The notes under the pieces were generated by a model. The model searched no databases. It saw nothing but the letters and a program-made list of their open reading frames with translations, and had not been told where the DNA came from. A DNA stretch of 62,711 nucleotides. Origin: an uncultured Chloroflexota bacterium. GTDB taxonomy: Bacteria > Chloroflexota > Dehalococcoidia > UBA2979. Position numbers and translations under genes: made by a program. The stretch is from contig CAJXBM010000004.1 in assembly GCA_913051185.1 (NCBI GenBank), positions 1 through 62,711 of the forward strand. Reading direction: 5' to 3'. Below are positions 48,688 to 60,506 of this stretch, piece by piece (position 1 is the stretch's first letter; every line of letters starts with the position of its first letter).

Positions 48688-49856
48688 CGATCCACCCCCA
48701 AAATACAACTACTTACCGGAGTCACCATCGGGCCAGATGCAACTAAAGCCACCTCAGCATCCGATACCTGATTAGGAGACTGCCCACGAATTTGTCGTGC
48801 CGCCTCAATAATCAATTCCAAGCCGTGCATATAGCACTCGGCCAGATTTCCTCCACTTGTATTAATAGGTAGTTTACCTGTGGATTTAAAATTCTCAAGG
48901 GTAAATATGTCGTTTACTTCATCAGCTGAGCAAAGACCATGCTCAACGATACTCATCATAACCCCGCCTGTGAAGTTCTCATAAACCTGAGATACGTCAA
49001 CGTCGTCAGGAGTTACGCCCGCAATCTCGTATAGTCGCTTCCCGACATGTTGGAAATTTGATGTGGCATATATGTCCGCATTATGGGCTGGAGCCTGATT
49101 TCGAGCGGTCGACCCCTGAGCCGCCGCCAAAACCACCGCGGGTGTCGGCTTTAAGTCTCGAGCACGCTCCACAGACGTCACGATAATTGCAGCAGCACCA
49201 TCGTTCTCCATGCAGCAATCGAACAGATGAAAAGGCTCAACAATCCATCTAGACTGATCATAAATTTCCTCTGTCAGTTCCCTACCGTGCATAACTGCTC
49301 GAGGATTTTGCTGGGCATGGTGATACGATGCCATTGAAATCGCTCGCAGTGCTTCTTGCTGAACACCATTTTCGTGCATAAATCTTCTAACACGCATAGC
49401 AAATGATTGAGCAGGTGACATTAATCCGAATGGAGCAGTCCATTTGCCATCATTATTTACTTCGTTTACAACGGCTCCCTGCCCAAATCTACCAAACTGA
49501 CCTTGGGCCAAGGCACGATATACGACAACTACCTCACACTGGCCAGAAATAATTGCTGAGACCGCATTAGCCAGTGCACCTGAACCGCCACCGCCACCGC
49601 CACCCCAGAACATATTTGATAAACGCATCTCTTTGATATCAAGAGCAGCCGCTATACGATCTGGCGAAGATCGTTCGTTGGAATAAGAACAAAAACCATC
49701 AATATCTCTGGGGTCTACACCAGCGTCTTCACAAGCTAATAAAATTGCTTCCAAACACATCTTGAATTCACCATCTGGAGCCATCGCACGCTTGTAATAT
49801 TTGGTTTCACCCAGTCCTGATATTGCGGTTCTTCCACGCATCGGATGATCTGACAT
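48684..49856 (-). CDS. SCP2-type thiolase / Ltp2-like aldolase
   Basis: AISGLGET, PFHLFDCCMENDGAAA, VYENFT, INTSGGNLAECYMHG, RQIRG. Confidence 0.88.
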   Translation of the reverse strand: MSDHPMRGRTAISGLGETKYYKRAMAPDGEFKMCLEAILLACEDAGVDPRDIDGFCSYSNERSSPDRIAAALDIKEMRLSNMFWGGGGGGGSGALANAVSAIISGQCEVVVVYRALAQGQFGRFGQGAVVNEVNNDGKWTAPFGLMSPAQSFAMRVRRFMHENGVQQEALRAISMASYHHAQQNPRAVMHGRELTEEIYDQSRWIVEPFHLFDCCMENDGAAAIIVTSVERARDLKPTPAVVLAAAQGSTARNQAPAHNADIYATSNFQHVGKRLYEIAGVTPDDVDVSQVYENFTGGVMMSIVEHGLCSADEVNDIFTLENFKSTGKLPINTSGGNLAECYMHGLELIIEAARQIRGQSPNQVSDAEVALVASGPMVTPVSSCILGVDR

Positions 49857-49971
49857 TAAATACCTACCAATCCCTCATGTATACATTGCGTCAAAAGAGT
49901 AACAAAAAAAGTTCCGTACGTCAGCAAATAAATGCATGTGAAAAATGGCTTTCAGCGCTAAACTCAGAATC

Positions 49972-50772
49972 ATGAAAAATAAAGACGCAATGACTCAATT
50001 ACTGGACGATCTCAAGGACGAGCAAGACTACCTAGATGCAGCTCTCGCAGACATAGACTTAGACACTTGGGAAAATGAATCTCCAGCGGATGGCTGGCTC
50101 TTACGTGACTGTATATCTCATCTTGCTGATGTCGACGAAACTGCTGCACATGTCGCAACAAAAAAAGAAATGCCGGTGAGAACACCCTCTGATCAAGCAA
50201 CTGCTCCCAAAGATACTCTTCAAAATGATCGGCAAAGGCAAGCTAGGAATTTACCAATCCCGGAATTATTGGCTTGGTGGCGAAAAGTTAGAAAAGAACA
50301 GAACGATGCATTGCGGAAACTTGATGCAAAGGATCGATTACCTTGGGCTGGACCGGCCATGTCCGTTCGGTCTTTCGCAACTGCTCGCTTAATGGAGTGT
50401 TGGTCGCACGGTCTAGATGCGCTCGATGCTGCAAAAATTACTCCGGTCGACTCAGACCGTTTGTTACACGTAGCCCATCTTGGAGTCATCACTCGAGGAT
50501 TTGCCTATCAAAACCGTGGTCTTGATGTGCCGAATACGGAAATCAGAGTGGAGTTAATATCACCGTCAGGCGATATATGGGAATGGGGTAATCCCGAAGC
50601 AAAGAATCGCATTACCGGCTCTGCAGGTGAATTTTGTCGGGTGGTGACAAGGAGATTACACCTAGACGATACCCAAATAAAAAGTGAGGGTGAAAGTGCT
50701 TCCGAATATCTAAAAATAGCTCAAGCTTTTGCTGGCCCTCCGGGACCAGATCGACAACCTAAAAACCATTAA
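49972..50772 (+). CDS. TIGR03084-type (MDMPI/DinB superfamily) metal-binding protein
   Basis: WLLRDCISHL, LPWAGPAMS..SFATARLMECWSHG.D, LGVITRGF, AQAFAGPPG; other in-frame starts at 49945/49990. Confidence 0.85.
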   Translation: MKNKDAMTQLLDDLKDEQDYLDAALADIDLDTWENESPADGWLLRDCISHLADVDETAAHVATKKEMPVRTPSDQATAPKDTLQNDRQRQARNLPIPELLAWWRKVRKEQNDALRKLDAKDRLPWAGPAMSVRSFATARLMECWSHGLDALDAAKITPVDSDRLLHVAHLGVITRGFAYQNRGLDVPNTEIRVELISPSGDIWEWGNPEAKNRITGSAGEFCRVVTRRLHLDDTQIKSEGESASEYLKIAQAFAGPPGPDRQPKNH

Positions 50773-50806
50773 AACTGGACAAAAGCTACGAACCGGAGAT
50801 TAGCAA

Positions 50807-51904
50807 ATGAATGATCGAATCCTTCGGTATGGAATCGTAGGAGTGGGCTTAATGGGTCGAGAACACATCCGAATACTCTCACTAATCCCAAACGCTGAAG
50901 TTACCGCGTTTTACGACCCTGATGAGACCTCGCGCACTCGAGCATCGGAGCTCATACCATTTTCAAAGGCCTATGACGATTTTGACGAATTCTGCAAGAG
51001 AGACGACATTGACGCTCTAATTATTTCCTCGCCAAACCACACACATGCTGAAATGCTTCCAAAATTAATTCAAAATAACCAACATATTTTGATTGAAAAA
51101 CCCTTGGCCACATCAATCAAAGATGCAAAAATGATTTCAAATCTGTTGCACAATTATCCAGGCGTCGTCTGGACAGGTATGGAATATAGATATGCACCTC
51201 CAGTCAGTCACGCTATAAATGAAGCTCACGTAGGAACGATCGGACAAATTCACATGGTGTCCATTCGTGAACATCGACACCCATTTCTCCCAAAAGTAGG
51301 TGACTGGAATCGGTTTAACCGGAATACCGGTGGAACCTTGGTAGAAAAATGCTGTCACTTTTTTGACCTAATGAGATATATCTTGAGTTCCGATCCTGTC
51401 TCAGTATTCGCGTCTGGTAGCATTGGGCTAAACCATAAAAATGAAAGATATGATAATGAAACTCCCGATATTTTAGATAATGCCTTCGTAGTTGTCGACT
51501 TCGCTTCGGGGGCGCGAGCGATGCTTGATTTGTGTATGTTTGCCGAACAAAGTACAGAACAAACAGAAATTCAAATTGTAGGTGAAGCTGGAAAAATAGA
51601 ATGCCGCCAGCCATCCTCTACCGTAACAATCGGTCTAAGAGAAGATTCCTGGCCCGACTGGACACTCGGAGACTATCGGAATCCCGGTCGCATCAAAAAA
51701 ATTGATGTGCCCATCCCGTCAGATATTGCATCCGGACATGGTGGTGCAACGTATTATGAACACCTCGACTTTATGAATTCAATCATAAATAACCACCCCC
51801 CACGGGTAACTGTCAATGATGGATTGTGGTCAGTTGCAATGGGGCTGGCTGCAGAGAGATCAGTTCAAGAAAAAAGGGTCATTGAGATAGAAGAAGTACT
51901 GTAA
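50807..51904 (+). CDS. Gfo/Idh/MocA family oxidoreductase
   Basis: YGIVGVGLMG, HILIEKP, GGTLVEKCCHFFD. Confidence 0.9.
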   Translation: MNDRILRYGIVGVGLMGREHIRILSLIPNAEVTAFYDPDETSRTRASELIPFSKAYDDFDEFCKRDDIDALIISSPNHTHAEMLPKLIQNNQHILIEKPLATSIKDAKMISNLLHNYPGVVWTGMEYRYAPPVSHAINEAHVGTIGQIHMVSIREHRHPFLPKVGDWNRFNRNTGGTLVEKCCHFFDLMRYILSSDPVSVFASGSIGLNHKNERYDNETPDILDNAFVVVDFASGARAMLDLCMFAEQSTEQTEIQIVGEAGKIECRQPSSTVTIGLREDSWPDWTLGDYRNPGRIKKIDVPIPSDIASGHGGATYYEHLDFMNSIINNHPPRVTVNDGLWSVAMGLAAERSVQEKRVIEIEEVL

Positions 51905-51953
51905 TGAACTCAAAATAATCGCGTTTTGAGGCTATTCAGGATAGGCTACGCTT

Positions 51954-54473
51954 ATGGAATTACCACTTAAACACCTCCGCGTTCTTGATTTGTCATCCGG
52001 TCCCGTGGGTGGCATGGCGACTATGGCCCTCGCTGACTTTGGTGCCGACGTGATCAAAGTCGAACGACCAGGAGGAGATCCGTTTAGAACCGCAATTAAT
52101 GCGCCAATGTGGCTCCGTGGTAAACGGTCCGTAGAAATAGATTTAAAGCGCGAAGTTGAACGTGAACGACTTTATAGACTGGTAGAGACTACCGATGTAG
52201 TGGTTACCTCCTTCCGTGCGCACTCAGCCGTAGATTTAGGTTGCGATTACGATGTACTTGCAAGTCGAAATGCCGGCCTAGTCTACTGCCAAATATCCGG
52301 ATTTGGACCTTATGGTCCATATGTAGGTTATCCAGGCTATGAGGGTGTAGTGGCTGCTAAAGCAGGCCGAATGCAAGCATTCAGTGGGCTCGCACCTCGT
52401 GAAGGCCCTACATACTCGGCAGTACAAGCCTCATCACATGCGACATCGCAAGCTGCGATTACAGGAATTTTTGCGGCACTATATGCTCGCGAACGTATTG
52501 GCTTTGGGCAATATGTCGAAACAAGTCTGTTACAAGGTTTACTCCCCTATGACTTGGCGGGACTGACGCTACAGAGTCTCATAGAAAAAGATCCAGACTC
52601 ATGGGAGGATATGCTAAGTATGTTTCCCTCACCTGCCGTTGCTATGCCCACAATTAACTATCACCCGGTTCAAACAAAAGATGGCGACTGGATTCAATTA
52701 GGCAATCTACTTCAACATCTTTTTGAAAATTTCATAGTTGCGGCCGAGCTCTTTCAAATTTATGGAGACGAGCGCTACGAAGGCCCTCCTTTTGAGTGGC
52801 CGGAAGAAGCGCGAGAAGAATTTCGAAATGCAATGCTGCTGCGTATGCGGGAAAAAACCACCGACGAATGGATGCAAATATTCTCAGATCATGGCGGAGT
52901 CGTGGCTCATCCTTGGCAAACAACGCAATCAGCTCTCACTGATCCTGATTTAACAAAAAATGGACATGTAATTGAACTCCCAGATGGACGCGGACCACGA
53001 CTTAAGGCAACCACGTCCGTAACTGAAGCCGTGCTCGGTATGTTTGGTGAAACTGATCAAGATCGCCCACCTATGAAACAACTTGGTCCACTTGCCCGCT
53101 TCACAAAATCTCCTGCCCAAATTACTGGCATAATCCCTAATCCTGGGCAACATACCTTCGAGGTATTCGATAAAGAAGCGAAATCACCCCGTTCACCATG
53201 GATGCCATTTACCAACGGCGACCATTCAGGCGCGCCAGCACTTGATGGGGTTTTGGTATTGGATTTTGCCACAATTATTGCGGGGCCTTTGGCCTCAGCT
53301 CATCTCGCTGACCTTGGTGCTCGTGTGATAAAAATAGAACAACCTGGCGGAGATCCTTTTCGAGGTATGGGTCGCGGGGGTATCTCAGCGATGAAGACAA
53401 ATGCAGGTAAAGAAAGCATCGTCGTCGATTTGAAACAAGACGAAGGACGAGCCATTGTTACAAAATTACTTGAAAAAGCAGACATCGTAATTCATAATTA
53501 TCGTCCGGGTGTGCCAGAAAAATTAGAAATATCATATGAAGACGCTATTAAGGTGAATCCCGAGATTATTTACGTCACCATGAACGGATACGGGAGCAAT
53601 GGGCCCAGCTCACATAGGCCCTCCACGCACCCAATACCTGGGGCAGCGCTTGGTGGTGCCTTTTATCAAGCCGGATATATTCAGGAAAATACAGACAATA
53701 TAGATGATCTTCGAGAGGCCGCTCGACGTCTCACCCGAGCAAACGAGGTCAATCCTGATCCAAATACTACAGCTGTGATTACCTCCGTAGCGATGATGGG
53801 CCTATACAACAGACTAAAAACCGGTCAAGGACAGGAAATATTTGTAGATATGATGGGCGCAAACGCATGGGCAAATGCTGACGACTTCATCTGGTATGAC
53901 GGTAAGCCTGATCGCCCGAAACTAGACGATGAACTCATGGGGACAGGTGCCACTTACCGACTATACAAGTGTAGTGAGGGCTGGGTATTTCTCGGATTAG
54001 TCCTTGAAAAAGAGTGGCACCAATTTTGTAACATCATTGAAAGTCCGGAACTAGCGATCGATCGGAGATTTAGAACAAGTGATGCACGTGCAGAAAATAG
54101 GTCTGCACTGGAATCGTTGTTAGAAAATCTATTCCTAACGGATACCGCTGATAACTGGGAATTATTATTGGCTACTGCTGGACTGGGCTGTGTGCGGGCT
54201 GATGACTCTACTCCTGGTGAATTTTGGCTTCGAGATAAACATGTTCAAGTCAATGAATATACGAAAAGTGTTGAACACGGTGAACATGGTCCATATACCC
54301 GTCATGGTCCAGTTGTTCGACTTAGACGAACCCCAAATTCACTAGGACCCGCACCAATGGCAGGAGAACAAACATCAAGCATCCTAGAAGAACTTGGTTA
54401 TAAACAAAAGGCTGTTACACAGTTGCGTGAAGCACAGATTGTCTGGAGTGAACCGGCAGTTGATCTCTCATAA
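51954..54473 (+). CDS. Two-domain (fused) CaiB/BaiF CoA-transferase
   Basis: Two family III units: LRVLDLSSGPVG..GADVIKVE and LVLDFATIIAGP..GARVIKIE; single 839-aa ORF. Confidence 0.9.
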   Translation: MELPLKHLRVLDLSSGPVGGMATMALADFGADVIKVERPGGDPFRTAINAPMWLRGKRSVEIDLKREVERERLYRLVETTDVVVTSFRAHSAVDLGCDYDVLASRNAGLVYCQISGFGPYGPYVGYPGYEGVVAAKAGRMQAFSGLAPREGPTYSAVQASSHATSQAAITGIFAALYARERIGFGQYVETSLLQGLLPYDLAGLTLQSLIEKDPDSWEDMLSMFPSPAVAMPTINYHPVQTKDGDWIQLGNLLQHLFENFIVAAELFQIYGDERYEGPPFEWPEEAREEFRNAMLLRMREKTTDEWMQIFSDHGGVVAHPWQTTQSALTDPDLTKNGHVIELPDGRGPRLKATTSVTEAVLGMFGETDQDRPPMKQLGPLARFTKSPAQITGIIPNPGQHTFEVFDKEAKSPRSPWMPFTNGDHSGAPALDGVLVLDFATIIAGPLASAHLADLGARVIKIEQPGGDPFRGMGRGGISAMKTNAGKESIVVDLKQDEGRAIVTKLLEKADIVIHNYRPGVPEKLEISYEDAIKVNPEIIYVTMNGYGSNGPSSHRPSTHPIPGAALGGAFYQAGYIQENTDNIDDLREAARRLTRANEVNPDPNTTAVITSVAMMGLYNRLKTGQGQEIFVDMMGANAWANADDFIWYDGKPDRPKLDDELMGTGATYRLYKCSEGWVFLGLVLEKEWHQFCNIIESPELAIDRRFRTSDARAENRSALESLLENLFLTDTADNWELLLATAGLGCVRADDSTPGEFWLRDKHVQVNEYTKSVEHGEHGPYTRHGPVVRLRRTPNSLGPAPMAGEQTSSILEELGYKQKAVTQLREAQIVWSEPAVDLS

Positions 54474-54542
54474 AAGGGACTAGTGCTACAGAAAACCCTA
54501 TAATCAAACGAAATAGACAAATTCGCTACGAAAGGCCTAAAT

Positions 54543-54863
54543 ATGCTTTGGGAACTCAGACAATATCACATCCGTGACGGTAAAAAAGATGAATGGGTAC
54601 GCTTGATGGAAAATGAAATTATACCGTTCCAAGTGTCCAAAGGAATGGTGATTCTGGGTTCATTCACGGGTGAAGAAGATGAAAATATCTATATTTGGAT
54701 GCGACGATTTGAAAATGAATCAGAACGAGAACGACTGTATAAAGAAGTGTATGACAGCGACTATTGGAAAGATGAAATCGGACCAAAAATTCCAGAATTG
54801 ATGGATCGTGAAAAAATAAATGTAACTCGACTGGACCCAACTCCATTATCACCTATGCAATAA
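54543..54863 (+). CDS. NIPSNAP family protein
   Basis: WELRQY.I..GK..EW, YIWMRRF..E.ER. Confidence 0.85.
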   Translation: MLWELRQYHIRDGKKDEWVRLMENEIIPFQVSKGMVILGSFTGEEDENIYIWMRRFENESERERLYKEVYDSDYWKDEIGPKIPELMDREKINVTRLDPTPLSPMQ

Positions 54864-54865
54864 AT

Positions 54866-56140
54866 TTAGACCCGTTGAATCTGTCCGCCAATACTCGATA
54901 AGGTGCCTTCTAAGTTCTCGTATCCGCGATCAAGGTGAAATATGTCTTCGAGGGTTGTTACTCCCTCAGCAGCCAAAGCCGCGACAACCACCGCTGCACC
55001 GGCACGAATATCAAGTGCCTTCACGCGAGTGCCGCGTAACTGGGAGGGTCCTTCAATCAGGACAGAAGAACTGCTCCCAAGGGTGATTTGTGCGCCCATT
55101 TTTCTCAGCTCGCTAACGTACAAGGTTCTATTATCGTAAACACGCTCATGAATAAAAGAGACTCCTGTGACCTGAGTCAATGCGGAGGCCATAGGAGGGT
55201 GCAAGTCAGTGGCAAAGCCGGGGTAAGGCACAGCCTGAAGTGCGACTGACTGAAGTTTTGAAGCACCAGACACCTGAATTCCTGTAGACCCATCATCAGA
55301 CTCAACATCGGTCTGCACCGCTGCACCCATTTCCAATAACTTAGAAGTAAGACTGCTCAAATGCTCGGGGACTGCATTCGAAACAAGTACCTCCCCTCGA
55401 GTAGCGATAGCACTTAATAGTAAAGTTCCAGCTTCTAATCGATCTGGAATTATAGTGAATTCGCAACCGTGTAATTTGTCGACACCAGAAATCTTTATAT
55501 GCGCGGTACCCTGACCCGAAATATTTGCACCCATTCGGTTCAACATATTTGCTACCATCTCAACTTCGGGTTCAGCAGCGGCGTTTACAATTACGGTCAC
55601 CCCATTAGTCAAAACTGCAGCTAATAAAACGTTAACCGTGGCCAAGACACTCGGATAATCGAAAAATATAGACGCACCAGATAATGCTGACTCGGACGAG
55701 ACTATCCAGTTAGTCTCGTCGTGCTCAATCTGAGCCCCAAGTGCTCTAAATCCAGCTAAGTGAATGTCTAGAGGACGCGAGCCAATTACATCACCGCCCG
55801 GAGCAGCACACTCTGCCGAACCTACGCGTCCAAGCAAAGCTCCGACCACCAAAAAAGATGCGCGCAGTTTCTGAACTAGCTCACTTGGTGGTTTGGTAGA
55901 AGTAATACTCTTACTTTGTAATATCAGAGATTTATTCTCCCGACGAACTAACGTCCCAAGTGATCTCAGAATGTCAGACAATTCTTCTATATCTGCAATA
56001 TCCGGAACATTATGCAGAATCACCTCATCAGAGGTCAATAAACTTGCGACAACGGCATAGAGAGCAGCGTTCTTTGACCCTGCAACTCGTACGGTACCTC
56101 TCAACGCATTGGATCCCGTGATTAAATAAGCGTCAGACAC
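54866..56140 (-). CDS. murA: UDP-N-acetylglucosamine 1-carboxyvinyltransferase (Asp at the Cys115-equivalent position)
   Basis: GSKNAAL, LRASFLV, PGGDVIGSRPLDIH, SVLATVN, PDRLEAGT, YPGFATD, DIRAGAA, DRGYE. Confidence 0.95.
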   Translation of the reverse strand: MSDAYLITGSNALRGTVRVAGSKNAALYAVVASLLTSDEVILHNVPDIADIEELSDILRSLGTLVRRENKSLILQSKSITSTKPPSELVQKLRASFLVVGALLGRVGSAECAAPGGDVIGSRPLDIHLAGFRALGAQIEHDETNWIVSSESALSGASIFFDYPSVLATVNVLLAAVLTNGVTVIVNAAAEPEVEMVANMLNRMGANISGQGTAHIKISGVDKLHGCEFTIIPDRLEAGTLLLSAIATRGEVLVSNAVPEHLSSLTSKLLEMGAAVQTDVESDDGSTGIQVSGASKLQSVALQAVPYPGFATDLHPPMASALTQVTGVSFIHERVYDNRTLYVSELRKMGAQITLGSSSSVLIEGPSQLRGTRVKALDIRAGAAVVVAALAAEGVTTLEDIFHLDRGYENLEGTLSSIGGQIQRV

Positions 56141-56229
56141 GTTAGGCCCCTTAGAACACAGGCTCTAGATCAAGTCTAGAATGCGATACGTCGTCGAATG
56201 ATAGCTTACTTCAGACTACATGAAATCCG

Positions 56230-56493
56230 TTATGCTGCCTCATCTTCGGGAACATCAGCAAGAATATTCACCTCGTTGTTCACAACCTGTAAAAAACCAC
56301 CCGCAAGAGGTATCGTCTCAAGGCCATTAGCTCCATACAACGTCATACTGCCACCAGCTAGACTAGTCATCAATGACGCATGCGAGGGAAGAATCGTAAT
56401 CTGTCCATCACTAGCGGGCACTACGATCTTCTGCACATCGTCTTGTGCCAAAATAGATTCTTCAGCCGTCACAATATTTACTGAAAGAGCCAT
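56230..56493 (-). CDS. atpC: F0F1 ATP synthase epsilon subunit (N-terminal domain only, 87 aa)
   Basis: VVPASDGQITILPSHA, GGFLQV..V.ILAD; follows atpD. Confidence 0.9.
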   Translation of the reverse strand: MALSVNIVTAEESILAQDDVQKIVVPASDGQITILPSHASLMTSLAGGSMTLYGANGLETIPLAGGFLQVVNNEVNILADVPEDEAA

Positions 56494-56538
56494 AACTTTC
56501 TACTCCACTTTAATTAGTTTTTTAAATATGAGTTTGTA

Positions 56539-57978
<1,440 letters not shown>

Positions 57979-58024
57979 CTATCTATATTCCTTCTCAGTA
58001 TTCCCAATTCTCTAACTTCTCTTC

Positions 58025-58912
58025 TTAACTCTCTAATGCAGCTGTACCACCTACTATATCGAGTAGTTCACCTGTAATGCCTTCTTGCCGGGCCTTGTTA
58101 TATTCCAATGTAAGACTATCGACCATGTCATTCGCAGCATCTGTTGCCTGACGCATCGCAACCATTCGCGCAGACTGTTCGGACGCGCGTGCTTCTAATA
58201 CCGCTGCGTAAAGCTGCATTTCAACATAACGTGGTAGCAACGTATCTAGTAATTCAACAGGCGATGGCTCGAACAACATATCACCCGATAACGTCTTTTC
58301 AGCACCTTCCTCCTCAGTCGGTGGTTCGATTGGAAGGACTTGCAGTGTTTCAGGACGCTGAACAGCAGCATTAATAAATCGTGAAAAGCCAACAAATACT
58401 TGGTCTATCTCGCCGTTCTGAAATTGCTCTATGACGGAAGCTGCAATTGGCCGCACATCCGAAAAATCAGGAAAGTCACCAAGACTTGGCCAATCCTCCA
58501 TTACCATTCCTGCTCGACTAAAAAAATCTTTCCCTTTTCGACCGAGAGGAATAACCGTCATGCTCTCGACATTAGGTTGGTGCTCAAGAAGGAAGGATGC
58601 ACCAGATCGGTTCATATTTGCGCTCAATCCACCTGCCAGACCTCGATCAGCTGTGATGTGGATGTAGACGACATTATTCACGGTTCTAGTAGTTAGAAGG
58701 GAATGAACGCTTTCACCTTGAGTAGAACCCAAAGCATCTGCAATTTCACTAAGCACCGAAGTCATACGATCGGCATACGGTCTAGATTGCAGAGCACGGT
58801 CAGTCGCCCTGCGCATTTTCGAGGCAGCGACAAGCTCCATAGCTCGCGTTACTTTGGAAGTATTAGCAACCGACCGAATTCGATCCTTTATTGCCCTAAT
58901 TCCACCAGCCAT
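58025..58912 (-). CDS. atpG: F0F1 ATP synthase gamma subunit
   Basis: KVTRAMELVAASK, ADRGLAG, SEQSARMVAM, YNKARQ..ITGELLDIVGG. Confidence 0.97.
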   Translation of the reverse strand: MAGGIRAIKDRIRSVANTSKVTRAMELVAASKMRRATDRALQSRPYADRMTSVLSEIADALGSTQGESVHSLLTTRTVNNVVYIHITADRGLAGGLSANMNRSGASFLLEHQPNVESMTVIPLGRKGKDFFSRAGMVMEDWPSLGDFPDFSDVRPIAASVIEQFQNGEIDQVFVGFSRFINAAVQRPETLQVLPIEPPTEEEGAEKTLSGDMLFEPSPVELLDTLLPRYVEMQLYAAVLEARASEQSARMVAMRQATDAANDMVDSLTLEYNKARQEGITGELLDIVGGTAALES

Positions 58913-58949
58913 TTATGTCTCCTTTTACAGTCTTTGATTTGCCAAAAGA

Positions 58950-60479
58950 CTAGTAAGCAACCGTACCTTTAAAGTCAGTTATTGCCTGCTTTAAAGATTC
59001 TTCATCATTGTCATCATAATCACCGGAGCTCGTGATGCTCGCAATTAAATCACCGTGCCCACTTCCCATGTATTCATGAAAAGCCGCCTCAAATTCAACA
59101 ACCTTATCCGAAGGAACGTCGTCTAGATGTCCAAACACACCAGCATACAAAATAGATACCTGCTGCCCCAGTGAAAGAGGCTGATATTGTGGCTGCTTAA
59201 GTAGTTCCGTAAGTCGTTCACCGCGCACTAATTGCTGTTTCGTAGCATCATCAAGATCGTCGGTTCCAAACTGTGCAAATGCCTGAAGTTCGGTGTATTG
59301 AGAGAGATCTAACCTCAATGAGCCGGCCACTTTTTTCATTGCTTTTGTCAGAGCTGAACCACCAACTCGCGAAACAGATATTCCAGGATTACAGGCTGGT
59401 CTCAGACCTGAATTAAATCGGTCCTGTTCCAAAAAAATCTGACCATCAGTAATTGAAATAACGTTGGTAGGAATATAGGCTGACACGTCACCCGCTTGCG
59501 TCTCAATAATAGGAAGCGCAGTGCTCGATCCTCCTCCATGGTCTTCAGTCACTCTGGCCGAACGCTCAAGCAAACGTGAATGAAGATAAAAGATATCACC
59601 AGGATAAGCTTCACGGCCTGGAGGTCGGCGGAGTAGAAGTGAGACTTCACGATAAGCCCAAGCATGCTTCGATAAGTCATCATAAATGATGAGCACGTCT
59701 CTACCCTTCGCAACGAAATATTCAGACATTGCGACACCCGCATAAGGTGCGAGATATTGAAGTGCTGCTGATTCAGACGCTGACGCTGACACAATAATCG
59801 TATGCTCTAACGCACCGTTCTCCTCCAGAATCGCTGCAGTCTGTGCGACTTTGGCCTCTTTCTGACCAATTGATACATAAATACATATAACGTCACTGTT
59901 TTTTTGGTTAATAATTGAATCAATGGCAATCGCAGTCTTCCCGATTGATCGATCACCAATTATCAGCTCACGTTGACCACGACCAAGAGGAATCATAGCG
60001 TCAATCGCCTTAATCCCAGTTTGGAGCGGCTGGTCCACAGAAACCCTTGATACAACGTCTGGAGCAATACGCTCCATAGGATATGTTTCCTGAGTCGCCA
60101 AGGGGCCCCGCTCATCGACTGGATCGCCAAGAGCATTGACTACCCGGCCCATTAGTGCTTCACCGACTGGCACAGATGCTACTTGCCCTGTAGTTCGGAC
60201 TTCGGCTCCTTCTTTGATGTTGGACGCATCTCCCATGACAACGGCACCCACCGTCTCCTCTTCGAGGTTCAAAGCCAACCCACGGATTGGTTGCCCTGCA
60301 CTATCTTGCACATCGAACTCGATAAGCTCTGACGTTACGCAGTCGCCCAGACCATGGATTCGAGCAATTCCGTCACCAGCTTCTATCACTGTGCCCACAT
60401 TGGCACTAGAAACACTGGCATCAAAGTTCTCTATCTGCTCTCTTAGTATTGATGCTATTTCTTCAGATCTAACAGCCAT
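58950..60479 (-). CDS. atpA: F0F1 ATP synthase alpha subunit
   Basis: [34 protein letters not shown]. Confidence 0.98.
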   Translation of the reverse strand: MAVRSEEIASILREQIENFDASVSSANVGTVIEAGDGIARIHGLGDCVTSELIEFDVQDSAGQPIRGLALNLEEETVGAVVMGDASNIKEGAEVRTTGQVASVPVGEALMGRVVNALGDPVDERGPLATQETYPMERIAPDVVSRVSVDQPLQTGIKAIDAMIPLGRGQRELIIGDRSIGKTAIAIDSIINQKNSDVICIYVSIGQKEAKVAQTAAILEENGALEHTIIVSASASESAALQYLAPYAGVAMSEYFVAKGRDVLIIYDDLSKHAWAYREVSLLLRRPPGREAYPGDIFYLHSRLLERSARVTEDHGGGSSTALPIIETQAGDVSAYIPTNVISITDGQIFLEQDRFNSGLRPACNPGISVSRVGGSALTKAMKKVAGSLRLDLSQYTELQAFAQFGTDDLDDATKQQLVRGERLTELLKQPQYQPLSLGQQVSILYAGVFGHLDDVPSDKVVEFEAAFHEYMGSGHGDLIASITSSGDYDDNDEESLKQAITDFKGTVAY

Positions 60480-60506
60480 CAGTTCACCTCATTCTTTTTC
60501 TTCGTC

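Noticed and set aside
56141-56229. Frameshifted or read-through C-terminal domain of epsilon
   Set aside because: In-frame stop shortly after the first and no helical charged sequence seen
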